From Octopus sinensis (taxonomy: Eukaryota): a DNA stretch of 64,000 bases. Numbering within the stretch: the first letter of the stretch is position 1; every line of letters begins with the position of its first letter. Below are positions 1 through 12,104 of the stretch, one piece after another. The notes beneath the pieces are model-generated. The model worked only from the letters and a program-made list of their open reading frames with translations, made no database searches and was not told the origin of the DNA. Position numbers and translations under genes: made by a program. The stretch covers positions 47,492,001-47,556,000 of the forward strand of contig NC_043015.1 in assembly GCF_006345805.1 (NCBI RefSeq). The letters are read 5' to 3'.

Positions 1-43
1 TTCAAGCTAACCCTAAACCTCAAATCACATGTTACTGTCTTAA

Positions 44-265
44 CCCTTTTGTTACCATATTTCTGTTGAGATACTCTGTGTTTCTTTCAATTGATTTTAA
101 ATATAACAAAGAATTTAGTAAAATGACTTTGTTATCATTAAGCTAGTGTTAGGAACATAAGTTGTGACTAAGGTTTGGTGGAAGATTTTAATTCAAAATT
201 TAGGAAAACAAGACATTTATATTACAGAGCCAGAGGCGGTTTTGGTCGGGTTGGTATCGAAAGGG
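44..265. mobile_element. piggyBac-type MITE, subfamily 1
   Basis: TTAA|CCCTTT...AAAGGG|TTAA, ~220 bp. The same family occurs at 16484, 16794, 17045 and 45247. Confidence 0.85.
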
Positions 266-724
266 TTAAAGGAAATAACATATTGGACAAGATAGTTCTG
301 GATGTATACTACCTTCTAAAGACAGAATTGTAATTATTTAAATAATTTTTCTCACATATCTGCTCAGTCACAACTGACGTGAGTCTATGTAACTGCTTTC
401 CTATAAAAAGAAAAGAACCCAGGGCGGATTCTGGTTAGATCTATAAGTTTGGAAGAGTAATTAATTGATGAACAAATAAAGTGGAGAAAAGGTTGGTGTC
501 TAAAGCAAAGTAAGTCGTGAAACTGAGGGCAGCTAATTAATAATTATGTAATTAATTTATCATGGCTGACGGTTAGTAAGGAGAGACACACAAATAATAA
601 AAGAAGAAAGCAAAGGACCACTGATGAAGAAACAGGAGTGTGACGAAAGAACTCTGTCCGAAATAAGATTAAGATTAATGTAAAAAATAAATAACACTGA
701 AGCAAAGTAATACTAAATATATAG

Positions 725-895
<171 letters not shown>

Positions 896-2770
896 TAACT
901 TTATTTTCTAAATGTCACACTGGGGGATGCTAAAGGAACGTACAGAGTAACAAGAAAACACACACACAATGAACGCAGATGTGCTTTATCCCTCATCAGT
1001 TATTGACCAAATACCACCACAGTTTCAGTTTGATAACTGATGACCGGTCAAGCATACCTGCATCCGTTGTGCATGATTTTTCTTGTTGTTCCATATGTTC
1101 TTTCGTTGTCCCACTTTGCTACATTTTCGTTATTTTTTATTGTAACACTACACATATTTTTCTCCCCATTTTAATTTCGGATCTTTTTGGTTTGAACAGC
1201 AGTTTTTAACATAATTTCTAGGTAACTAAAAAAATTTTAAACTTCGTATACTGGTAGAATGTGTTTATAAAACATCTTTTTCTCTTGGTTTTTTTGAGAA
1301 AATTCTATAGTTTGTAAGATATTTGTTGTTTTTTTCCTTTAATTTCTGCAATTTCAACCAATCAATGACGTCCATTGAGGTAAAAAGCATTCTGTGCCGT
1401 ATGAATATGTCCCTCGTTTAAGAAACAGATTGGGTTTATTTACATTTCTGAAGAAAAAAAGATGCCCTTCCCCCACCCCTAACCCTAACCAACATTAACT
1501 CTAAAACAGAATGAAATGCAATAGATCGATACTAGGGTCATAATTATGGGTGACAATTTCATATGACACCGCTAAATAAAACTGGTGTTCAAACCGAAAA
1601 GATCCTTAATTTCTGTATGAAAAGCTTGTGAAGCTCATCAACATTTTACACTGAATTTTGTTTTGTTTTTTTTTTTCCGTTTCTTTCTCCAGCACAGCAT
1701 CTCATCTCTTGCTGCAGTCCTGTATCACTTCCTTTGTGAGGCTCAGCCACTTGAGATCAGCTTTAACCACTTCTGATTTCCTCAGTCTTCCTCTTTCACA
1801 GTTTCTTTTCACTTGGACTGGACTAGGCACTACTCCAACTGTCATCCTCCATTCACACCACACTTCCATACCTATTTCTTTACTACCCACAAGGGGCTAA
1901 ACACAGAGGGGACAAACAAGGACAGACAAACGGATTAAGTCGATTACATCGACCCCAGTGCATAACTGGTACTTAATTTATCGACCCCGAAAGGATGAAA
2001 GGCAAAAGTCGACCTCGGCGGAATTTGAACTCAAAGCATAAAGATGACGAAATACCTATTTCTTTACTACCCACAAGGGGCTAAACACAGAGGGGCAAAC
2101 AAGGGCATACAAAGGATTAAGTCGATTACATCGACCCCAGTACATAACTGGTACTTAATTTATCGACCCCGAAAGGATGAAAGGCAAAGTCGACCTTGGC
2201 GGAATTTGAACTCAGAACGTAACGGCAGACGAAATACGGCTACGCATTTCGCCCAGCATGCTAACATTTCTGCCAGCTCACCACATTTCCATACTAGCTC
2301 AGTCCTCTCTTGCATTCTATTCCTCTTGCCTGATTCCTCTTATAACACACAGTATTCCTCTCAACTCATTAACATCTAGTATTAATTCACACTCACATTA
2401 CACATCCAGCAGAGCCTACTCATCTCATTCCTTTCCAGTCTTCTGCCATCATTGCCCATCTTTTATTACCATTTAACTTCATACACTAACATCATACAAT
2501 CTGCCCTTCACTCATAACATAAGAAGAATCATTTTGTTGCTAACGGCAGTAATAGCTTTCTGATACCTCAACCAACTGACTCCCCACCACCATCCCAACA
2601 TTTTTTACACAGGAGTGACTGTGTGGTAAGTAGCTTGCTTACCAACCACATGGTTCCGGGTTCAGTCCCATTGCGTGGCATCTTGGGCAAGTGTCTTCTG
2701 CTATAGCACCGGGCTGACCAATGCCTTGTGAGTGGATTTGGTAGACGGAAACTGAAAGAAGCCTGTCGTA

Positions 2771-2811
<41 letters not shown>

Positions 2812-3540
2812 TGTGTGTGTATATGTTTGTGTGTCCGTGTTTGTCCCCCTAGCATTGCTTGACAACCGATGCTGGTGTGTTTATGTCCCCGTCACTTAGC
2901 GGTTCGGCAAAAAGAGACCGATAGAATAAGTACTGGGCTTACAAAGAATAAGTCCCGGGGTCGATTTGCTTGACTAAAGGCGGTGCTCCAGCATGGCCGT
3001 AGTCAAATGACTGAAACATGTAAAAGAGTATTGTACATTACTGTTTTTGAGTCCAAGGACTCGTAAGATCAGTTACTCAGTTTCCATGGTATACAAGTGA
3101 CTGAGGGCTCAACATTCCCCCTTGAATGGAATGCCAGTCTGCTACAAGATTACTCATTCACAACAGGATGGACCGGAACAATATGAAACGAAGTGTTTTA
3201 TTCTAGAAAACAATGCACCACCCCGTCTGGGAATCAAAACCATGATCTTGGAACCATAAGTACAACACCCTGACTCCCAGGCCATGCAACCTTCACACAT
3301 AATTAGTATTCTGGCTGTTCTATTATTTGTTTCAGTCATTTGACTGCAGCCATGCTGGAGCACTGCCTTAATTCGTTTTTTTTTTTTTAGTTGAAGAAAT
3401 CAATCCCAGAACTTATTGTTGGTAAACCTAGTACTTATTCTATCGATCTCTTTTGCCGAACTGTTAAGCTACGGAGATGTAAACACACCAACATCAGTTG
3501 TCAAGCGAAGGTGAGGAGGGGGACATACATATATATATAT

Positions 3541-3572
<32 letters not shown>

Positions 3573-3607
3573 ATTAATCAAAATAACAACATGATGCCAA
3601 GGATTCA

Positions 3608-3685
3608 GCGGTACATATGTTTCGGGCCTTTATTAGACGGATTTATAACAATGCATAATGTGTGTCTGTGGCCTTCTTCAGCTGC
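3608..3685 (-). ncRNA. Type I hammerhead-like motif, family 1, inverted copy
   Basis: GCAG-CUGAAGA-A-GGCC...GGCCC-GAA-ACAUAUGU-A-CCGC; one mismatch in stem I. Confidence 0.65.
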
Positions 3686-4256
3686 GCACAACTACTTCCA
3701 CAAGGACATGTATTACATCAAAAATTCTTGGTTGGGGATGCAAATCCTCTCATTCGCGTACGAATTCTACAACCAGAATTTGTCATTTTCCTGACCACCA
3801 TGTTTGGTCCGTAACTACTTATCCTTATATTCTTTTACATTTTTTATTATTTTTATTTTTATTTTTATAACTTTATACCTTTATATTCATTTATATTTTT
3901 TTATATTTTTTATATCTCTTTATATCTTTATACTCTACATTTTTACATTTTTCTATACTTACACTTTTTATATATTTTTTATCCTTCGTCCTGAATTCTC
4001 GCCCCTCCATCTTTATCTCTATTTACTCTTATTACCAGGTTCCTTCATGTCTGTCTGTATATATTTATATATGTATATATTTATTTATTAATTTATTTAT
4101 ATTACTTCAACATCCAAACTTCCTCATTGAGAGAAGAACGGGATGGACGCTTCATTTTTATGCTGTTGCCGCATTATGTCGTACGCGAATGAGAGGATTT
4201 GCATCCCCAACCAAGAATTTTTGATGTAATACATGTCCTTGTGGAAGTAGTTGTGC

Positions 4257-4334
4257 GCGGCTGAAGAAGGCCACAGACACACATTATGCATTGTTATAAA
4301 TCCGTCTAATAAAGGCCCGAAACATATGTATCGC
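4257..4334 (+). ncRNA. Type I hammerhead-ribozyme-like motif, family 1
   Basis: GCGG-CUGAAGA-A-GGCC...GGCC(C)-GAA-ACAUAUGU-A-UCGC. Core intact; stem III is a palindrome. Folded by eye. Confidence 0.7.
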
Positions 4335-4469
4335 TGAATCCTTGGCATCATGTTGTTATTTTGATTAATTTACTCCACCACCTACACCACCAAACGGTAT
4401 ATACAGGTGCTTACAATTATCAAGTACTCACCCCGAATTTCTGTACACAACTATATATATATATATATA

Positions 4470-4501
<32 letters not shown>

Positions 4502-4571
4502 CCGGAGTAAACACATAAATGTGAAACAAGGTGGAAAAAAGAGTACTCAAATACCAGTGGTAGAGTAATAT

Positions 4572-4678
4572 GCTTTATTTAAAGCAGCGGAAAATTCTAG
4601 CAAAAACTGTCCGACGAACGGGAACGTGAAACTCAGAGTAACAGGTTTTGTTGAATTTTCCGTTGCTTTAAATAAAGT
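4572..4678 (+). ncRNA. Hammerhead-like motif with a ~38-bp stem I, family 2 (U4C variant)
   Basis: CUGU-CCGACGA-ACG(GGAA)CGU-GAA-ACUC(A)GAGU-A-ACAG inside a long hairpin (4572-4610 pairs with 4641-4678). Confidence 0.55.
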
Positions 4679-4715
4679 GTATATATATATATATATATAT
4701 ATATAAATATATATA

Positions 4716-4870
4716 AAGGGAGAGTTTATGCAAAAAAACAAAAGATGAAGACAGGTGGTGTACCAAACAAACAGATGTATTAGTATAACGCTCAGGAAGG
4801 GAAAAAGTCTTTAACGTTTTGAGCCTATGCTCTTCCACAGAAAGAAACAAGAAAAGAAAATAAAGAATGT
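4716..4870 (-). mobile_element. Short (TA)n-flanked repeat carrying a hammerhead-like motif at 4808-4845, family 3
   Basis: Homologous to 59778-59952 (+). Motif UCUUU-CUGUGGA-A-GAGC(AUAG)GCUC-AAAAC-GUU-AAAGA. Confidence 0.6.
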
Positions 4871-4886
4871 GTAGTGGCTAGCGATC

Positions 4887-4930
<44 letters not shown>

Positions 4931-5564
4931 TACATATACACACGCACATATACTATGGGCTTCTTTCAGTTTCCGTCTGCCAAATCCACTCACAAGGCTT
5001 TGGTCAGCCCGAGGTTATAGTAGAAGACTCTTGCCCAAGGTACCACACAGCGGGACTGAACCCGGAACCATGTGGTTGGGAAGCAAGCTGCTTACCACAT
5101 AGCCATGCCTGCACCTGTACTTTCAGAACACTCCTCTTCTCTGCTGATGCTAATTAGATTACCAAAATAATTGAAGCTATTGACTACTTCTAAGAAGTCT
5201 TTTGAGCTTTTGCATGAATTTATTTTATGAGTGATCTTACTGCTGACATATCTGCAACATACAAAGTCCTCTCTCAGCCTGCCTGGGTGGTTAAGAAGCT
5301 TGCTTTGCAACCATGTGGCTTCAGGTTCAGTCCCACTGCATGGCACCCTGGGCAAATGTCTTCTACTATAGCCCTAGGCCACCTAATGCTTTGTGAGTGA
5401 AATCAGTTGACAGAAACTGTGTCGAAGCCCATCATATGTGTGTGTGTGTGTGTGTTTGCCCCCTCCACCACTTAACAACCAGTGCTGGGTTGTTTATGTT
5501 CCCCATAACTTAGCAGTTCAGCAAAAATAACTGATAATAAATATAAGACTTTAAAAACCAAGTG

Positions 5565-5965
5565 TCTTGGGGAAATTTCAAACCCAGGTTCTCATTCCTA
5601 AGGTATTTTTTGATGTTATTATTATTATATTATTATTATTATTATTGTTGTTGTTGTTGTTGTTATTGTTCAGGTCACTGCTTGGAATCGAAGTCGGAAT
5701 CTTGGGGTTAGTAGCCTGCGCTCTTAACCACTACACCATATGCCCGTGGGCAATAACAATAATAATAATGATAATAATAATAATTATAATAATAATAATT
5801 ATAATAATTAATAATAATAATAACAACGTTGAAAAATACCTTAGGGATGAGAACCCAGGTTCGAAATTTCCCCCAGGACACCTGAAGAAGGCTGGAGGAT
5901 ATATCAGTTTGTTTGTTAACAATAAACAAGATGAGGACAAATATCCGTCGAATGTAAATAATGTT
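5565..5965. mobile_element. Head-to-head pair of family 4 SINE fragments
   Basis: tRNA-like head on - (5668-5744) with a truncated tail to 5565. A second tail on + (5826-5960) has a decayed core CTGAAGAAGGCTG that lacks GAAA. Confidence 0.65.
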
Positions 5966-6025
5966 AAACTTTTTTTTTTTTTCACAAATATATACTGAAA
6001 AATAAAATCCAATTTTCTCCTGCAG

Positions 6026-6247
6026 GTGCTGCACATGGCTTATCATCAATTCTGTTGGCATTACTTTGCACTGATAATCTGTTTGAAACTTGTCCATCTG
6101 CTGAAACTGAAATTAAACAATCCATTGACTTTTTACTCTCAATCGAGCAACCTAATTCGAACTATGCACCAGCTATGGATGAAGTAAATATGGTACAAAA
6201 ACGTCCTCTTTCAGAAGAATTAATCCATTGGTGTCATGGTGCTCCAG
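6026..6247 (+). CDS. LANCL3: LanC-like protein 3, coding exon (phase 1-1)
   Basis: Flanked by ctcctgcag|GT and CCAG|gtaa. Translates (G)AAHGLSSILLALL...EELIHWCHGAPG, with the GxAHG and WCHG LanC motifs. Confidence 0.93.
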
Positions 6248-8384
6248 GTAAATAATACTTTTATTGTTGCTATTTTTGTTTCTTTCCACTTCTGAAAAGG
6301 AATCTTTATTGATCAGAATATAATAATATTGCATGTTTGACAAGTTTTAATATATTATAAGAATGCTAAAATTTAATATTTCATACTATTCATAAGATTT
6401 AAATATTCATAAAATAAGATTCATAAGATTTAAATATTCATAAAATATGCAAATATCCCCAACTGTTTGCCATCATCATCATCATCATCATCATCATCAT
6501 ATATTAATGTCAGTTGCTGTGACAACCCAATATCTTTTCCTTGTCCTCTGCTTCTTATTCTGTGTGATGCATTTTGAGTTGTCTTCGAAAGCTTTTCTAA
6601 TTAGTAAATTTTTCATTATTGCTATTAAAAACAGGATCTAAGGTGCACATCTAATAAACTTGACTCCCACCTTTAGTCTTTGTTACTCACAAACAAGAAA
6701 AAATCCTTCTACAGAATGTCTCAATTTGCTCAGTGTGTCAACTAAATCTGTCTAATAAGTTCCATACCATTTTTAGAGTGGAAACCTAGACATGTTCTAA
6801 ACACTTAAGGTTTCACCAGGCCGTAGGTGTGTACAACTAGACTTGATTTACATTAATGGCCCAGTGGTTAGGGCAGTGGACTCGCAGACGGAGGATCGCG
6901 GTTTCAATTCCCAGACCAGGTGTTGTGTGTGTTTATTGAGCGAAAAAACCTAAAGCTCCATGAGGCTCCGGCAGGGGGTGGTGATGACTCCTGTTGTACT
7001 CTTTCGCCCCAACTTGCACTCTTTCTTCCTGTTTCTTGAGTAAAGCTGCAATGGACTGGCGTCCCATCCAGCTGGGGGGAACACATATGCCATAGAAACA
7101 GGGAAACCAGGCCCATGAGTGCAAAAATAAATAAGGGCGCATAAATAAGTAAAAAAAGAACATTTACAGTTTTTAGTTGCAATCATTTTTAGTAACTTTA
7201 TTAAATATTTCTCCCTTTTAAGTCTAAATGAGTTACATGAAAGCTATTTCTTGCTTCCACTTTTGCTATTAACTCTACTTTCAGTAAATGTTTCCCACCA
7301 GCTAGTATAGTACTTACACATATTACTCACCAATTAAACCACACTATCATCCAATAACTAAAAGTCTGAAAACAAGCATGTGCATTTAGGCCAAAGGACC
7401 TATCAAAGTTAAAGGGTGGGTCAGAGATCCCTGGCACAGTCTGATGAACACAATTCGTTTGTGGCAACTTGAAGAAGAAGAAAATCTAATGAAAATCACA
7501 TTCACACAACCTGTCACCTCCCTTTCACATCTACAAAACTTCTACAAAGACATTACTTACCCTACACATTATTCTATGTGGGGTAGAGGCGCAATGGCCC
7601 AGTGGTTAGGGCAGCGGACTCGCGGTCATAGTTTCAATTCCCAGACTGAGCATTGTGAGTGTTTATTGAGCGAAAACACCTAAAGCTCCACGAGGCTCTG
7701 ACAGGGGTGGGTGGTGAACCCTGCTGTACTCTCTCACTCTTTCTTCCTGTTTCTGTTGTACCTGTATTTCAAAGGGCCAGCCTTGTCACACTCTGTGTCA
7801 CGCTGAATCTCCCTAAGAACTACATAAAGGGTACACATGTCTGTGGAGTGCTCAGCCACTTGTACGTTATTTTCATGAGCAGGCTGTTCCGTTGATCAGA
7901 TAAACTGGACAGAGAAAAAGAAGATTCTATGTGGATTTAAGGCACTACATGCTACCACCACCACTATTTCACTGACAAACCTTACACAAAGAACAAATGA
8001 TGGTTTTAACAATCAAAAGAATACATACACCACTGTAACCACCATTGATATTAACAAAGCATAAAGCTAGCAGGATCATTAGCATGCTGGGCAAAATGCT
8101 TTGTGGCTATGCGTCTTTCTTTACATTCTGAGTTCAAATTCTGCTGAGGTTAACTTTGCCTTTCATCCTTTTGGGGCTGATAAAACAAGCACCAGTTGAG
8201 CACTGGGGTCAGTGTAATCGACTTTCTCCCTCCTCAAAATTGCTGGCCTTGTACCAATATTTGAAACCAATATTAACAAAGTGTTTCATTCTATTTCTCA
8301 TTAAACCATTTATTAACAAAATACTTGATATTTCCTGAATAAAAACTATTCAAAACTCGAAGAACACATTATTTATAATGGACA

Positions 8385-8480
8385 GATAGGTGTCCTCATC
8401 GTGTTTGTTTTTATCACAATGTTTCGACTGATGTACTCCCCAGCCTTCATCAGGTGCTGCAGTGGAATTTTGAGCCCAAC
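8385..8480 (-). ncRNA. Family 4-related tail with a near-intact hammerhead core (8415-8456)
   Basis: CAC-CUGAUGA-A-GGCUG(10 nt)CAGUC-GAAAC-AUU-GUG. Confidence 0.55.
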
Positions 8481-9846
8481 CCTTTATTTGACTAATGGGG
8501 TAGTATTATCATAGCACACATGGAAGACACAAAGATACAGTATAAAGTAAAATAATACACAATCTTAATACCCTCAAATATCACATTTCATTAATACAAA
8601 CAACTACTATGGTTCCATTAAATGACTGTTTCTCTCATTAAGGCTATAATTTTGATTGATTAAAAGTTATTTAAGACTCTCTACATTAAGATGTAATTAT
8701 ATCTTACTTAGCATAACTCTACTGATTTCATCTGTTCCTATACAATGCTTGCTCATTTTGAAAACATTTTATTTCTCAGTCTTTTACTGCAAAATGCCTT
8801 CAAAGTTTCTGTCTTCCTTTTATAGAAACTTTACAAAGTTATTTATGAATAAAGTTCCCACTGTCTCAGATGGGTTTTTTTTAGCTCCTTTGTACTTGAT
8901 TCTTCTCTTTGATGTATTTCAGTTTTTTTGGGGGGTATAATATTAAGGTCCTATTTAATTTGATGTTATATTTGCTATTGCATGTGATATTTATGTTCCT
9001 TCTTCTTCTCAAGCCATGCCTGGCTCATAAGGGCCGGTTTCCTTGGCGTATAGGTTCCCCACCTGGACGGGATGCCGGTCCGTTGCAGATGAGCTGCAAG
9101 ATGCAGGAGGAAAGAGCGAGAGAAAGTTGTGGCGAAGGAGTCAGCAGAAGTTCGCCATTACCTTCTGCCAGAGCTGTGTGGAGCTTAGGTGTTTTCGCTC
9201 ATAAACACACACATCGCCCGGTCTGAGATTCGAACCGGTGATCCCTCGACCGCTCAAACCACTAGGCCATGTGCCTCCACATGATATTTATGTGGCTAAT
9301 ATACATTGCCTTTCAGCCATTTGCAAATTTTTCCTAGTCCCAAATGTTATTCTTCAGTTGGACTCTTTGCTCAAACGAAAGTCCTAGAAATACAGCCTCA
9401 TTCAGCAACAAGCTCACATTCCATTTTCTTCATCATTGGTTGGATTAAAATTTGCTTCCAGCCCAGTTTCATTATCCATGTTCCAAAAGCATTGTAATTG
9501 GTGCATCTTTTTTGGTGATTATGTTAATGTTAATCAATTATTAGCAATGACATTTGTGTAAGAGCAGCTAATCTTTACATAATTTCTGATGACTGGCTAA
9601 ATGGTAATTCTTATTGCCTATAGCTCTGCTCTAATAGTACTGCAGTATGGGCCTTAAGAGGTCCTTTCATGTAGATGCCTGGGGCAGAAAAGCATAGACT
9701 TATATCATAGCAGATGAGAATTGTCTGGTATGGGAACTAGAACTGCCAGATCACATGATTTCAGTGTGCTGCACTTCTTCAGTGGCAAGCATCCAGTGAC
9801 TGCATACCAGCCAAATATAACTGCCATAATATACAGAGTGTCAGTG

Positions 9847-10131
9847 CATTTTCAGTCACTGATGTTGCAAATAGCTAACAGGCTTATTAAAAATAATTAT
9901 TAGCATTTTCAGTCACTGATGTTGCAAATAGCTAACAGGCTTATTAAAAATAATTATTAGCATTTTCAGTCACTGATGTTGCAAATAGCTAACAGGCTTA
10001 TTAAAAATAATTATTAGCATTTTCAGTCACTGATGTTGCAAATAGCTAACAGGCTTATTAAAAATAATTATTAGCATTTTCAGTCACTGATGTTGCAAAT
10101 AGCTAACAGGCTTATTAAAAATAATTATTAG
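9847..10131. repeat. Perfect 57-bp tandem repeat, five copies
   Basis: CATTTTCAGTCACTGATGTTGCAAATAGCTAACAGGCTTATTAAAAATAATTATTAG starts at 9847, 9904, 9961, 10018 and 10075. Confidence 0.97.
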
Positions 10132-10980
10132 CAACAGAAGCAAGGTTAGTACCAAAGGGTAATCTTTATATCCAACTTAACATGGATGTCTTGTTAGACT
10201 GCCAAGTACTGTGGTATTTGCCTTGAGAGGTCCTCTTATGTTGTCACGTGACTGACTAGACTATCAGATGTTGTTACACATCGCTGGTCATCTTGCACTT
10301 TTTGCATTGTTTTAGCCTTTAAATGATGCTGCCCCACTGGCTAGGCAAGCAGGCCAGCTGATTGAAGCGGGGACTGGAACAATGTGAAATGTAATACTTT
10401 GCTCAAGAACACAATACAGTGCCCAGTCAGAGAATCGAACCCATAATCTAGCGATTGTGAGTGCAACAGCCTAACCACTTGGCCACACACCTTTATGTTT
10501 ATTAAGCAAGTATGTAAAATCCTTAGGTGGTGACCAGAGAGGATGGCATTCCTCTCAACTAATACACTGTCATGGGTGTTGATGGATGATGGTCTCTGGT
10601 GAGCTGGCAGAAACGTTAGCACACCGGGCGAAATACTTAACGATATTTCATCTGTCTTTACGTTCTGAGTTCAAATTCCGCCAAGGTCGACTTTACCTTT
10701 CATCCTTTCGAGGTCAATAAATTAAGTACCAGTTACGCACTGGGTCGATGTAATCGACTTAATCCGTTTGTCTGTCCTTGTTTGTCCCCTCTGTGTTTAG
10801 CCCCTTGTGGGTAGTAAAGAAATAGGTCTCTGGTGATGATGTTATTTCACTCTTTCCGATCCATGGTGCTGGCCTTAGCATGCTTGAGGTCAAGGCGCTG
10901 TGACTTCAGGCCTTCCTCAATTTGTTTCACCCATGTTTGTTAGGTAACCCTAGTAGTAATAAAAAGCTTTTGCTTGCTAA

Positions 10981-11385
<405 letters not shown>

Positions 11386-11510
11386 CTTTTTAGCTGCATC
11401 TACATTGCTCTGTGCTTATCAAATTGTGCTTTTCTCTCTCTAAAAATTAATTTATGCCTTTATGCAAATGAGATACCAATTTACTCATATATCTAAAGAA
11501 CTGCAATGAG

Positions 11511-11516
11511 AATAAA
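11511..11516 (+). terminator. Candidate polyadenylation signal of LANCL3
   Basis: AATAAA 125 nt after the stop codon, followed by T-rich sequence. Confidence 0.55.
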
Positions 11517-11693
11517 AACGTTAATTTTCATTTTGAGCTAATCTTGTTTAATTCTTTTTCTTTCAAAATTGAGTGTGTGTGTGTGTGTTTGTGGTAACTA
11601 AGATTACAAACTTCTACTTAAAGACTACACATACCTACTTTTACAATTAAGGTGGTTGAAAGAACATTATAAAACCATTTTTATCCCTTTTAA

Positions 11694-11908
11694 CCCTTTA
11701 GTGTTCTCATTATTCTACCAAAATTAATGGTTTTTCATCCACATTGCCTTGAACTAATCAGGCATTATCTTGTAACTATGAGAATTTGATGAGGTAGCTG
11801 TTAATTTTTAAAACGATATTGTAGGGTTGGTGTGAGAGATCTGGCCAGTTTGAACATAAAACAGCAGAATACTTTTGGCCGGATATGGCCAGTTTAAATG
11901 CTAAAGGG
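11694..11908. mobile_element. piggyBac-type MITE, subfamily 2
   Basis: TTAA|CCCTTTAG...CTAAAGGG|TTAA. Related decayed copies lie at about 20967-21177 and 53170-53325. Confidence 0.8.
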
Positions 11909-12104
11909 TTAAGTGACTGAGAAACAGTCAATCAAAAAATGCTGGACGTAGGTGTTTGCAGTCCTGCCTACTGCATAGCGTGATCATCATCCTCATCGTC
12001 ACCATTATTGTTTTAATCTCAACTTTTCATTCTTAGATGGGTCAGGCAAGAGTTGTCTGCAATTAGATACTTTCCCTGTTGCCAAACTTTACCTGGTTCC
12101 GTCA

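Noticed and set aside
621-670. CTGATGAAG...CGAAA hammerhead-like string
   Set aside because: Stem II is only partial, and stems I and III do not form convincingly. At most it is a decayed relic.
1470-1495. CCCTAACCCTAACC telomere-like repeat (also 8-20)
   Set aside because: Only about two units, embedded in an interspersed repeat; not a telomeric array.
5668-5744. tRNA gene
   Set aside because: It has A and B boxes but no complete cloverleaf or acceptor stem. It is a SINE head, as are the other tRNA-like sequences here.
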